Virus record (IMG/VR): IMGVR_UViG_3300010885_050982
Location: 1 to 64,000 of that record
Length of the DNA stretch: 64,000 bases
Origin: a virus
Strand: one strand, 5' to 3'
Shown one piece after another: positions 1-8,974 of this stretch. Made by a program: the position numbers and the translations under genes. Position 1 is the first letter of the stretch. The number at the start of each line of letters is the position of its first letter. The notes below the pieces were generated by a model, which was not told the DNA's origin, did not search any database, and saw only the letters and a program-made list of their open reading frames with translations.

Positions 1-6
1 AAAGGG

Positions 7-369
7 ATGCAGTCCGCCCCCGCCCCCACGCCGCTCGGGGGAGTTCAGTTGCTTCTTTCAGTGCTTGCGACCTTCGGGTTTTCGGGGGGCGGCGCACTGA
101 CGTGGATTCTCGAACTGTACCATAAAGGTACTGCCATTAAACCCATTGGCCCAGATGGTGAAGGCGGTCACTCTCTTTTGGGTGAGCTTAACGAAGCGTT
201 CCTGGCGTACATGGCTGACAGTACGAACACAGCGAAGAGTCGGCGATTCTGGTTTGACCTCTGTGAATTCGGAATTTCGATGGACCCGGACGATGACACG
301 AAGGTGTGGCTTCAGCAGGGAACGGAAATCCTGCGAAAAAAATACTTCCCCGTCACCCCAAAATCGTGA
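7..369 (+). CDS. Hypothetical protein with N-terminal hydrophobic segment, possibly truncated at window edge
   Basis: 120-aa ORF; frame open to window start; hydrophobic stretch LLLSVLATFGF; co-oriented with the downstream operon. Confidence 0.55.
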   Translation: MQSAPAPTPLGGVQLLLSVLATFGFSGGGALTWILELYHKGTAIKPIGPDGEGGHSLLGELNEAFLAYMADSTNTAKSRRFWFDLCEFGISMDPDDDTKVWLQQGTEILRKKYFPVTPKS

Positions 370-377
370 GGAACACA

Positions 378-719
378 ATGCGATACTTGCGATGGATGTG
401 GATCTTGCTGGCGCTGGGTTGTTATGTCACGGAGCAACCCAATGTCGACGATCGGGACCCCGCGCCACCCGCTCCTAATGTGATTGTCGTCAAGCCCCCT
501 CCTGAGTCATACTGGAATGGCCTTGCCGTTCGCGTCGAGAAACGGCTCGTCTCCAGCCCACAGGAGATGGCGAGGATTGCACGGCAACTTCAACTGGCGG
601 GTGAGATTACCTCAGAAGATCTGGCGAAACTTGGGAATGCGTTTCCCGGTATGCTGACAGACGCGAAAGCGTTCCCAAACCCGACTGCCGCAGCCGCAAC
701 CCTCCGTTCGATTAAGTGA
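378..719 (+). CDS. Putative lipoprotein/secreted protein
   Basis: ATG 378 after GAGGA SD; MRYLRWMWILLALGC resembles a signal peptide with a near-lipobox Cys; Pro-rich linker follows. Confidence 0.6.
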   Translation: MRYLRWMWILLALGCYVTEQPNVDDRDPAPPAPNVIVVKPPPESYWNGLAVRVEKRLVSSPQEMARIARQLQLAGEITSEDLAKLGNAFPGMLTDAKAFPNPTAAAATLRSIK

Positions 720-725
720 GTCAAC

Positions 726-1733
726 ATGCCAAACGATTGGTTCGTCAGCGGCTACGTCTACAACCCAAGCCGAGTTCAAGACGTAAAAGACGAGATGGTT
801 GCTGCGGGGGCCATGATCATGGCGTCTCAGCAGGAGCAGTTGCAAGGTTCATGGGCCAGAGCCAAGGCATCCGGCGTAACCGGAATTTTCCTGCGAGACA
901 AGGAGCTGGCGTTGCTGGGCCGGTATCGTCGACCGCACTTCCAGCACAGCGGCACGTGCGTTTCCAGAGGAATGACACGAGGCGGTCAAGTATCCTTGGA
1001 CTATTCGATCATCCATGGCGGATCGCTTGCGTCTCCAGTTGAGTTGTCATTCGCACCAGTTTACACGCTGGCAAGACACGAAATCGGACTCGATCGGTGC
1101 GGCTATGGCGATGGTGCGATTCTGGCCGATGCGGCGAAAGCGGTGCGGCGAGTCGGATTCGCGACCACAAAACTGTTCGAAGGAATGACGGAGCGCCAGG
1201 TCGAGGCGCTGGCTGTGAAGTTTGCCGCGCCAGGCGTTGGTACTCCGAGAAACTGGAAAGAGGCATGCATTGGTCACACTGCACTGGTGTTCTCGCCAGA
1301 AGCGTTGGAGTTGCTGTTTGACACGATTGCCGCAGGTTACGCGGTGCCTTATGCCTGCGGAAGAGTCACTGGATTGCCCGACCCCCGGACGGGACTTGCA
1401 AGACTTGGAAGCAGTGGCGGTCACTGTCGATGTTTTGTCGGGGTGTACATTGACGAGACCGGCAGAACACAACTTGAGTCTTCTGAGTCATGGGGTCGGT
1501 TCCCCGCCGGTCAACCGCAAGAAATTGACCACACGATGGACGTCATGCAAATGCCGCGAATCACAGTTCTGACAGCAGGTGGACCCATTACGCTCGCACC
1601 AGGCGACGTAGGAGTTGACGCGATGCAGTTTTGGGATTCCATCCAGAACAGCGGAGAGGCGTGGGCTGTCGGCCCACCAGATTATTTTGGTGAATCGATT
1701 GCCGATTTGACGAACGAGCCAGTCTCTGCATAG
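726..1733 (+). CDS. Papain-like (C1-type) cysteine peptidase-like protein
   Basis: Q-x-x-G-T-C-V (QHSGTCVSRG), GGHC..VG and ESWG (NSWG-like) motifs in papain order. Confidence 0.6.
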   Translation: MPNDWFVSGYVYNPSRVQDVKDEMVAAGAMIMASQQEQLQGSWARAKASGVTGIFLRDKELALLGRYRRPHFQHSGTCVSRGMTRGGQVSLDYSIIHGGSLASPVELSFAPVYTLARHEIGLDRCGYGDGAILADAAKAVRRVGFATTKLFEGMTERQVEALAVKFAAPGVGTPRNWKEACIGHTALVFSPEALELLFDTIAAGYAVPYACGRVTGLPDPRTGLARLGSSGGHCRCFVGVYIDETGRTQLESSESWGRFPAGQPQEIDHTMDVMQMPRITVLTAGGPITLAPGDVGVDAMQFWDSIQNSGEAWAVGPPDYFGESIADLTNEPVSA

Positions 1734-1743
1734 GGATGTGCAA

Positions 1744-3411
1744 ATGAAAAAATACCTTTCGATTTTTGTGGTGTTGCCGAGTATCGCGCTGGCGAGCACT
1801 CCCGATGAAGACGCGAACGCATCAATCGCGATTTGTCAGGCAATCATCACGATAGGGAAGCAACAGCCGGAACTTCCAGACAAGCCGCCGCAAGCGGTAG
1901 GTCCGGAAGTTGTTGCCCACGCAGAGACTCAGGGAATCGAGTCTGACACGCGCGCCACGACCGAAGAGGATTCGCCAAGCAGCGAAGCCTTGACGGCGGT
2001 CGACGAGACCGGGGCGCAGGATGATAACGCGAAGGCCGAATCGCCTATCGCTGAAAATATCGCATCGAGTCCTACGCCTACACCTCCAGCGAACGCTGCT
2101 TGGTCTGTAATGGTGTGTACTGCGGAAGGGTGCGACCTGAGAAATGCGGTCTACGATGGCCAGTCTCTGGTTGTGAATGACGCGGATTTTGACGTTGATC
2201 GAGCGAAGATCGCAAAAATTACGATCGTGCATGGATCAGAGAGGTTTCCAGGAAAGTACGTTTCGCACGACCCAAGCGGCGTCGTGTTTCGTGTGGCGGA
2301 AATCCAGGCCGCGACGTTTCAGACATTACCAGTTCCGCCAGTGGAATCAATGCGGCTTGTGATTGAAACTCCAATGTCGGCGACGGGTCCGCCAGCTGAG
2401 AAAATCAGATGGCGACGATACAGCAACGATGTTCTGAAAGAGTGCAAAACTACCGGAAAGCCGATCTTAGTTGTGGCCGGTGCCAAGTGGTGCCTTCCCT
2501 GTAAAGAAATGGAACGCACGACTTTTATGGACCAGTCAATTATCGATCTTATTGAATCGTCTTACCTGCCTGTTCGGATCGATCAAGAGGAAGATGCCGA
2601 AGTGTTCGGGTCGCTTAGTGTTCAAGCAATGCCAGCGATGATCCTGTTAACTCCAGACGACGCGGGAATCGTCCGGGTCAGCAAGACGCGACTCACTGGA
2701 AAGCAGTCTGTAAAGCAGCTTAAAGACTTTCTTGGTGACTCTCACCAAAATGCTTCTGAAACCGGATGTGCTGGTTCGATTTACGGTGCAGAGCATATTC
2801 ACGGCTTGTTCGATTGGTGGCGATCGCATGTCGGTGAGGGAGTGAAAGCTTCCATGCAATGGGACAGAACCGGCGGGCAATCGTTTCCTTTGTTGGCAAA
2901 CGGAGACTGGTCCGCGCTGGCGGTGTGTGGTCGGTACGGGCACGTTCAATTAACGGCAAAAGGCGCGGTCGACCTGCCGGTCGAGGCTCTTGGGTTTGGA
3001 TATCGCGTTGAGGGGGATGACATCACAATTGACGCCGACCCGATCACAATGAAGGGCGTCGGCTTGCTAATGAACCCGAATGTTAAAAAATCAGCGGTGG
3101 AACCCGCACGAGTCGGGACTGGGACAATCTTGACGATCATATCTGTGGTGCGAGGAGTTTGGTCTCTGCTACATCCGACGTGCGATTTGCAACTTGGAGG
3201 GAACGTTTCTGCGACCGGGGTACTCAATGGAAACAAGTTGTCGTTTGAGTTCCAGCAATGCCCGTCGATTAAGCTGGTAGCGTTGTTTACATTCCAAGTG
3301 GCGGTGAAACGAATTGATATCGATCTTGACCGTCAAAACGTGCATCTGGAGTTTTCAGGAAGCCGATGGTTAAAATCTCGTGATTTTGCCATCAAGTCAT
3401 TGATTCGTTAA
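1744..3411 (+). CDS. Secreted thioredoxin-fold protein
   Basis: Signal peptide MKKYLSIFVVLPSIALA; GKPILVVAGAKWCLPCKEM (WCxxC thioredoxin motif). Confidence 0.75.
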   Translation: MKKYLSIFVVLPSIALASTPDEDANASIAICQAIITIGKQQPELPDKPPQAVGPEVVAHAETQGIESDTRATTEEDSPSSEALTAVDETGAQDDNAKAESPIAENIASSPTPTPPANAAWSVMVCTAEGCDLRNAVYDGQSLVVNDADFDVDRAKIAKITIVHGSERFPGKYVSHDPSGVVFRVAEIQAATFQTLPVPPVESMRLVIETPMSATGPPAEKIRWRRYSNDVLKECKTTGKPILVVAGAKWCLPCKEMERTTFMDQSIIDLIESSYLPVRIDQEEDAEVFGSLSVQAMPAMILLTPDDAGIVRVSKTRLTGKQSVKQLKDFLGDSHQNASETGCAGSIYGAEHIHGLFDWWRSHVGEGVKASMQWDRTGGQSFPLLANGDWSALAVCGRYGHVQLTAKGAVDLPVEALGFGYRVEGDDITIDADPITMKGVGLLMNPNVKKSAVEPARVGTGTILTIISVVRGVWSLLHPTCDLQLGGNVSATGVLNGNKLSFEFQQCPSIKLVALFTFQVAVKRIDIDLDRQNVHLEFSGSRWLKSRDFAIKSLIR

Positions 3412-3549
3412 ATGATGAACGGTAAGATTCTCCGGTGAACCAAACTCTCTTGCACACGGGAAGGCGGTGATCTGTTGTCTGTTGGGTTACAGGTTCGATC
3501 ATGGATCGCAACCACAATCAAAATGGTCTTAGAAAAGGAATTTGGAGCA

Positions 3550-3783
3550 ATGGCCACACAAGCCGACCTCGACGCCGCAATTGCTGCCCTGAAAGACGAA
3601 GTCGCGACAGACGTTGCGAACGTGATGACTCAGTTGAAGGCTCTGCAAAGCGAACTTGCCACTGCTCAAGGTGGATCTTCCTCTGCTCTTGATGCGGCTG
3701 TCGCTTCCCTCAATCAAACGACCGCCGAACTGCACGCGAAGTATGCCACCGTTCCGGTGCCTACCACGACGCCAGCGTCCTGA
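3550..3783 (+). CDS. Small coiled-coil hypothetical protein
   Basis: GGAG SD then ATG 3550; heptad-like Ala/Leu pattern. Confidence 0.6.
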   Translation: MATQADLDAAIAALKDEVATDVANVMTQLKALQSELATAQGGSSSALDAAVASLNQTTAELHAKYATVPVPTTTPAS

Positions 3784-3931
3784 TTCGCAGCGAATCATGC
3801 ATTTAACCCGCATCATGATCGAATATGGTGCGGGTTTTTTCGTTTTTGATGTTCCCGCGAAATTCGATCTATGTTGTAATTGTCGCCCAGCGAGCCCAGC
3901 CATACACAACGACCCGTTTGGAGACTGCTTA

Positions 3932-4336
3932 ATGGAACCGCTATTTGCGTTTGACATCTCCACAGACGATATCATTAAGGCCGTCTGGTCGTATTGGCCA
4001 GCGATCACGACGACAATCGGAAGCGGCCTGTTGGCAATGTATTTTTTGATCCGAAAACTGTGGCGACAGTTCATTGATTTCGTCAAACCAATGATTGTCA
4101 AGCTGTATCAGCAGGGCTCAACGGGCTTTGAGAAGCATAACGCTTTGGTCGATACGTTCATTGAATATGTCCCGTTTGTGTCAAAAGAGTTGGAAAAGAC
4201 GACACAACAGCTTGAACTCCTGGCCAGTGGACAGGACGAGCAAAGCAAGGTCGTGACGGGGATTAGTAAGGCTCAAGAAGATCACGGTCAAAAGCTCGAA
4301 ACTTTACTAAAAACAATGACGGTGAAAAATGTCTGA
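3932..4336 (+). CDS. Membrane protein with coiled-coil tail (holin/spanin-region-like)
   Basis: GGAG SD; one TM segment (AITTTIGSGLLAMYFLI) then helical C-terminus. Confidence 0.5.
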   Translation: MEPLFAFDISTDDIIKAVWSYWPAITTTIGSGLLAMYFLIRKLWRQFIDFVKPMIVKLYQQGSTGFEKHNALVDTFIEYVPFVSKELEKTTQQLELLASGQDEQSKVVTGISKAQEDHGQKLETLLKTMTVKNV

Positions 4337-4604
4337 TCCAGAGATTGAAGCTTTCACCGCGCGAATCATAAATGCGGTCTGGACGCTGGTGGTCATTCAT
4401 TCTCTGGTTCTGGGGTCAATTTTGGTTGTCGGCATCGGTGTTCTGTTCGTGATTTTTGCAAACGCTCCAAGGCAAGATTTAAGAAAACCTGTCATCCAGA
4501 ACAATAACCAGAAAGTCGTTGTCGAAGATCCTCGGACAGCATTGATCAAGGAACTTGCCGAAAAAAACGGCTGGAAACGGACGCCAGATGACAAAGCCAA
4601 ATAA
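4329..4604 (+). CDS. Small membrane protein
   Basis: Long hydrophobic segment VWTLVVIHSLVLGSILVVGIGVLFVIFA; overlaps previous stop. Confidence 0.6.
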   Translation: MSDPEIEAFTARIINAVWTLVVIHSLVLGSILVVGIGVLFVIFANAPRQDLRKPVIQNNNQKVVVEDPRTALIKELAEKNGWKRTPDDKAK

Positions 4605-4944
4605 GCAGCGACTCACGGAACAGCGAAAAAAGTTCTCGCAAAACGTCAAGACGTTGTCTGAGCATTCAACGGCAATTTCCGTTCTGCGGCACAAGCTCGA
4701 TGCTCCGGTTGCTGTGCAGGCACTGGGGCGCGATTCATCATCGACAAATAAGGCGGCATGCCAGCAAATCGCGGATCAAATCGCGGCTGATCAAAACAAT
4801 GAGATTTTGTTGCTGACAGCAATTGCCATCGCGCAGGCCGAACTGATGTTGCGACAACAAGATTTACAAACAAACCTGAGTCATCAACTGTCGTTGTACG
4901 GTCAAGCGAACGCGATGGGGTGCAACTCAAACACGGGTCCATGA
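4588..4944 (+). CDS. Hypothetical coiled-coil protein
   Basis: ORF overlapping end of previous gene; Gln/Leu-rich helix. Confidence 0.5.
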   Translation: MTKPNKQRLTEQRKKFSQNVKTLSEHSTAISVLRHKLDAPVAVQALGRDSSSTNKAACQQIADQIAADQNNEILLLTAIAIAQAELMLRQQDLQTNLSHQLSLYGQANAMGCNSNTGP

Positions 4945-4948
4945 CGGT

Positions 4949-5101
4949 TTATTCTCGGCCTTTTTTGTTGAAGCTGATTGCTTCGCTTCTCTCTTTGTTC
5001 GCAGGGTCTTCTTCTCTGACGATGTTCGACACGTCCGCGAATCGAATCCGCGTAATGAAATACCGAATTGCCAGCCTCGCCATTTCGAGCGGCGTAATCA
5101 T
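4949..5101 (-). CDS. Small hypothetical protein
   Basis: ATG at 5101 lies downstream of the minus-strand TGATCC-N16-CGTAC motif (5149-5175). Confidence 0.35.
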   Translation of the reverse strand: MITPLEMARLAIRYFITRIRFADVSNIVREEDPANKERSEAISFNKKGRE

Positions 5102-5148
5102 AGTCGAGTTCTTTCGTGGATTTGTGTTATTCATTCGCCCATGCAATA

Positions 5149-5175
5149 GTACGATTTCAACCGAAAGATGGATCA
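5149..5175 (-). promoter_or_regulatory. TGATCC-N16-CGT promoter motif
   Basis: Minus strand reads TGATCC atctttcggttgaaat CGTAC; one of 13 copies. Confidence 0.55.
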
Positions 5176-5187
5176 CACGTTTCTGAA

Positions 5188-5208
5188 ATTTTCTAAGACT
5201 TAGAAAAT
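5188..5208. promoter_or_regulatory. Perfect palindrome ATTTTCTAAG-N-CTTAGAAAAT (copy 1)
   Basis: 10-bp perfect arms; recurs at 15962, 36100 and (degenerate) 54194. Confidence 0.65.
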
Positions 5209-5213
5209 CACGT

Positions 5214-5242
5214 TTGACGTTTTTGGCCCATGACTGTAGTAT
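5214..5242 (+). promoter_or_regulatory. Sigma70-type promoter upstream of ECF sigma gene
   Basis: TTGACG-N17-TAGTAT. Confidence 0.6.
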
Positions 5243-5289
5243 GCTGTCGCGTTGAAGGCTGATCAACCAACGGAATACCGAGGTGTCCA

Positions 5290-5925
5290 ATGACGGACGA
5301 AGTTTCTGACGACGTCGCGATGCTGCGACTGGCGTGCGGTGATGTGGATTCTATCACAATTCTATTTCTCCGCTACAACGAATCTCTCGTGCGAATTCTG
5401 AACTCAAAGCTGAGAGACTTTGCGGCTGCGGAAGACGCCGCGCAAACCGCGTGGTTGCGAGTGCAAGAGTTTGCCTCAGAGTATTCGCCAAACAATCGCT
5501 TTTTTTCTTGGATCAAGAAGATCGCGATCAACTCTATGATTGATGCCAAGCGTCGCGATCGGTCACGAAAATTGACGCTCTCCGAGCCATTGGATGGGGG
5601 TTCTTTGGTCGAGTTGATTGCCGATGATACAATTGATCCGATTGAAAATATGATCACACACGAGATCGCAGAGCGAATTGAATCGCTACTCCCGACGATA
5701 CCAGAAGATCAGCAGACGGTATTCACTCTGCATGTGTTCTCTGGTCTGACGATGGCCGAAATTGCTAGCCGCCTGGAGGAATCCAAGGCGACAATCAAAA
5801 GTCGATATCGACTCGCAAAACGCAAGTTGCTTGGCGAATACAGTCGTAAACGGGCGTCTGGAGATAACGGAAATGGCGAAAGTCAATCGGTCGTACGAGA
5901 AAACGATGCGAGATGCGTATCTTAA
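5290..5925 (+). CDS. ECF-family RNA polymerase sigma factor
   Basis: Region 2 (AEDAAQTAWLRV..F.SW..KIAIN..ID..RR) and region 4 HTH (IPEDQQTVF.L....GLT..EIA..L..S..TIKSR..LAKRKL); GAGG SD. Confidence 0.9.
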   Translation: MTDEVSDDVAMLRLACGDVDSITILFLRYNESLVRILNSKLRDFAAAEDAAQTAWLRVQEFASEYSPNNRFFSWIKKIAINSMIDAKRRDRSRKLTLSEPLDGGSLVELIADDTIDPIENMITHEIAERIESLLPTIPEDQQTVFTLHVFSGLTMAEIASRLEESKATIKSRYRLAKRKLLGEYSRKRASGDNGNGESQSVVRENDARCVS

Positions 5926-6367
5926 GTCGCACGAACGTGATGAAGTTTATGCGTGGCTTTCTTGTCATCGTCCCGCGAAAGATTGGATGCGAACGGATGG
6001 TCGAATAGCGCGACCTGTTCATGTTCACCACATTTTCGGCAGAGGGTCAGCGCAACGATACCATTGGTTCTGTAATCTTTGCACAACCAGCGATGCTGCA
6101 CACGCGTACGGCCACGATGTTTGTGGGGGGCAACTGGAGATCGCCTGCCTGATGGCGAAAATGTCATCGGAGAAGTCGCGAATTGCGTGCATGTCGCCGA
6201 TCCAGGACAACAAGTCTCGCTGGGTGTGGAACCCAGAAATTATGGCGATCAATATCGGTAGAGCCTCTCTCCACGGCAGGGTTTCTGAACTGCTGCAACG
6301 ACCGTCCATTAAGTCGACAATCTTCGAGGAATTCGGCGAGAAGCTTTTGGCGTTTCTTGGTGAGTGA
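5873..6367 (+). CDS. HNH-like nuclease-fold protein
   Basis: GGAG SD, ATG 5873; VHVHHIFGRG...NL.....AH...H pattern. Confidence 0.5.
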   Translation: MAKVNRSYEKTMRDAYLKSHERDEVYAWLSCHRPAKDWMRTDGRIARPVHVHHIFGRGSAQRYHWFCNLCTTSDAAHAYGHDVCGGQLEIACLMAKMSSEKSRIACMSPIQDNKSRWVWNPEIMAINIGRASLHGRVSELLQRPSIKSTIFEEFGEKLLAFLGE

Positions 6368-6455
6368 TTCGGGTTGTTTAGAATCTTGAACCCGCGTATT
6401 CTCCCGCGTCTGTTTTGCAGCAACAGCCGCCGAAAATCAGGGAGTCGCGCGAAAA

Positions 6456-6890
6456 ATGGATTTGTTACAGACTATCAAAGCAAGCCAGGAATTGCGGAAA
6501 CTGGCCGACGCTGGAAACGATGCCGGGGTGGCGCTGGAAATCAACGCGGCACTACCTCAGCCGGTTCCGATAACGTCGACATCGTTGTTGTCTGCGGCGC
6601 CGGTGACGCTGACAGCGATCAAGGCCCATGGCGACCGGCAAACGATAGCGGATGTCGGGAAATGCGTTGCACATGGCGACATTGTTGGACTCAACGTATG
6701 GGCGAATACGTTCCACCTGATGGAAACGATGCCAGACAGCGAATTTGCGGCTGTGCAGGCGTTGATTGCGGCGGCGGGCGTGGTTCAACCAGTCACGCCC
6801 GAGCAAGTCTCTGCGATCTTGGCTACCGTCCGTCCCGTTGACGAAAACGGAATGGCGAGAGCGCTCCCGATTGATTGGAGCCGCGTCTAA
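6456..6890 (+). CDS. Hypothetical (virion accessory region)
   Basis: GGGAG SD; 144-aa ORF coupled to next gene (TAATG). Confidence 0.65.
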   Translation: MDLLQTIKASQELRKLADAGNDAGVALEINAALPQPVPITSTSLLSAAPVTLTAIKAHGDRQTIADVGKCVAHGDIVGLNVWANTFHLMETMPDSEFAAVQALIAAAGVVQPVTPEQVSAILATVRPVDENGMARALPIDWSRV

Positions 6891-7243
6891 TGGAGATCCA
6901 ATTCGGCGACTCAATTCCGTTTTCCATGGTGCTCAATGATGCGAAAACACCAGCGATCGGAATATCTCCAGACGTCAGAATCATCAAGGAAGGTGGCACG
7001 GTCGAAGTTCCGTTCGGAATGGTCAACAAGCTGGGACTTGGATTCTACGCGATCGCTGCGAACAACAAGGATACTGATACGCCGGGAACACTTTGCTTGT
7101 CAGCAACACATCCCGATTGTGTGACATCGCTTTTGCAATTCACGATTCTCCCACAGGATAACCCGCGCGACATGCGCAGAACCGAGAAGTTACTCGGGAA
7201 TATCATCGAGCAAAACGACAGACTTTACGAGAGGAATTACTGA
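6890..7243 (+). CDS. Hypothetical beta-rich (Ig-like) virion-associated protein
   Basis: Translationally coupled start; LGLGFY..A....DTDT.G.L pattern typical of Ig-like phage domains. Confidence 0.55.
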   Translation: MEIQFGDSIPFSMVLNDAKTPAIGISPDVRIIKEGGTVEVPFGMVNKLGLGFYAIAANNKDTDTPGTLCLSATHPDCVTSLLQFTILPQDNPRDMRRTEKLLGNIIEQNDRLYERNY

Positions 7244-7244
7244 T

Positions 7245-7709
7245 ATGACGCTGGCCATCACTTCTCAAAATGTAATTAATTTCATCGTACAAGATTCGCG
7301 GAACGTCGGCTTCCTGTCGATCAGACAATCGTTTCCAGGTGCGAATCAACCTTTGCTTGATGCTGCAAATAACGTGTCTGGTCCAGGATTCGGGTCGGTT
7401 GCAGGTGATCCAATCTCTGCCACGGACTTTCTTGATTTGTTGGACGCGACAGAATTCAACGCTTTAACCACGGCGCAATTAGCACAGGTCAACACCCTAA
7501 TGGCCCCCGGCACGATAACCATGGGGTCGTCGAGGACGCAAGAAAAGCTCAATGCCATTCTCGCAAATTACGCGACAAGCCTTGCGGCAGTTCAAGCCAA
7601 GTACACGCGAAGCGGTTCTCCGTGGGAAATGACCTTCGGCAAAGGGTCTGTGGCAGACAACGAAACGCTCAACACGGCTCGAAACAGCGGTTCCGGCAAC
7701 AATTTTTGA
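7245..7709 (+). CDS. Hypothetical virion-associated protein
   Basis: GAGGA SD; Ala/Thr/Asn-rich 154-aa ORF. Confidence 0.65.
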   Translation: MTLAITSQNVINFIVQDSRNVGFLSIRQSFPGANQPLLDAANNVSGPGFGSVAGDPISATDFLDLLDATEFNALTTAQLAQVNTLMAPGTITMGSSRTQEKLNAILANYATSLAAVQAKYTRSGSPWEMTFGKGSVADNETLNTARNSGSGNNF

Positions 7710-7721
7710 GGATGAAAAACC

Positions 7722-8174
7722 ATGCCAGCAGTCGTCCAAACATGGCTACGCGGAACACCGTTTTCAGCGTTAACAACCGAACTTAATTCGCTTGCGAGCG
7801 GGTCGACGGCGACGTCAAGCGTTGGCGGGTCGTCAGGTGTGTTTAGCGCGACGCAGACGAGTGGATATGCTGAATGCGACATAGTGTTGGCTCCAGCAAC
7901 CGGGTCCAATATGACAGCGAATACTCTGTGTAACGGTTATTTTCTGCGGCAAGTCGATGGCAACAATTATGAAACATTAACGGCAGCCCAAGCGAGGCCA
8001 GCGGATTTTATTTTGACCATGACGGCGGCGACATCAGGATACTTCACTTCAAGCGACATACAAACGCTGCCGACCGGCAACTTCAAGGTCGCGTTGACCA
8101 ACAACAGCAATGTGGCCTTCTCGGCATCTGGAAGCGTGTTGACGATCACCCCTAAGACAAGACAGTGGAACTGA
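7722..8174 (+). CDS. Hypothetical virion-associated beta-sandwich protein
   Basis: GAGGA SD; Ser/Thr-rich; ELNSLASGS and FKVALTNNS motifs. Confidence 0.65.
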   Translation: MPAVVQTWLRGTPFSALTTELNSLASGSTATSSVGGSSGVFSATQTSGYAECDIVLAPATGSNMTANTLCNGYFLRQVDGNNYETLTAAQARPADFILTMTAATSGYFTSSDIQTLPTGNFKVALTNNSNVAFSASGSVLTITPKTRQWN

Positions 8175-8974
8175 TGGCCTTTTCACTTATACAGCAGAAG
8201 CCGAAATTCGGGTCGAAGTTTAATCCTTCGCATCCGATGTCTATCGGCATGCTTGGTGGGTGGGTTTTTAATGAGGCCGGAGGGTTAACAGCCTACGACA
8301 TAACGGGAAAAGGCAATAACCTGGCCTTCAACGGCGGCGCAACGTGGACGAATGGTAAATATGGGCCAGCCGTGAAGTTTGACGGATCGACGGGCTATCT
8401 TTTGGGGTCTGATGCTGGGTTCCCATCGGGAGGTGCAAAGCGAACATTAGTATTTTTGCTGAGCTGCCAAGCCAATCTGGGTCGTGCGTTCGCGAGCTAT
8501 GGTCGACCAGGAAATGCAACGGGCGCGGCGACGTTTCAGCAGGTTATTCCGCTGACAAACGCAAATCAGACGATCGGACTGTCGAATTATGGTTTGGCAG
8601 CAAACGGCAGTCAAACCAGGGCATTGAACACGACGCGGCAGATGGCCGTCGTGGTCAACAGTGCTAGCAGCCAGTCGCTTTATACGGACGGCGTTGCTGA
8701 CGGAACCGGGGCGATGGCTTTTACTACTGTCCTCAATGGTCGTTTTGTCTTGGGGTGTCGATGGGACGGTGACAGCAGTCGGACGGAATTCAATCAGGTC
8801 ACGATTGAAATGTCGCTGATTTACGACCGTGCATTGACGGCGGGCGAAATTGCGAAGTTAAATCAACAGCCATTTTGTTACATGCAAAGCCCTCCGACGA
8901 AAACATTTTACGCGACGGGTGCGACGGCAAGTGTGTCGCTCCTGATGCGGCGCAGAAGGGCGGCGGCGCAATGA
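8174..8974 (+). CDS. LamG / concanavalin A-like domain protein
   Basis: W.FNE..G..AYD..G.GN, GKYG.A..FDG, LY.DG, IYDRALTA.EI motifs; TGATG coupling. Confidence 0.8.
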   Translation: MAFSLIQQKPKFGSKFNPSHPMSIGMLGGWVFNEAGGLTAYDITGKGNNLAFNGGATWTNGKYGPAVKFDGSTGYLLGSDAGFPSGGAKRTLVFLLSCQANLGRAFASYGRPGNATGAATFQQVIPLTNANQTIGLSNYGLAANGSQTRALNTTRQMAVVVNSASSQSLYTDGVADGTGAMAFTTVLNGRFVLGCRWDGDSSRTEFNQVTIEMSLIYDRALTAGEIAKLNQQPFCYMQSPPTKTFYATGATASVSLLMRRRRAAAQ

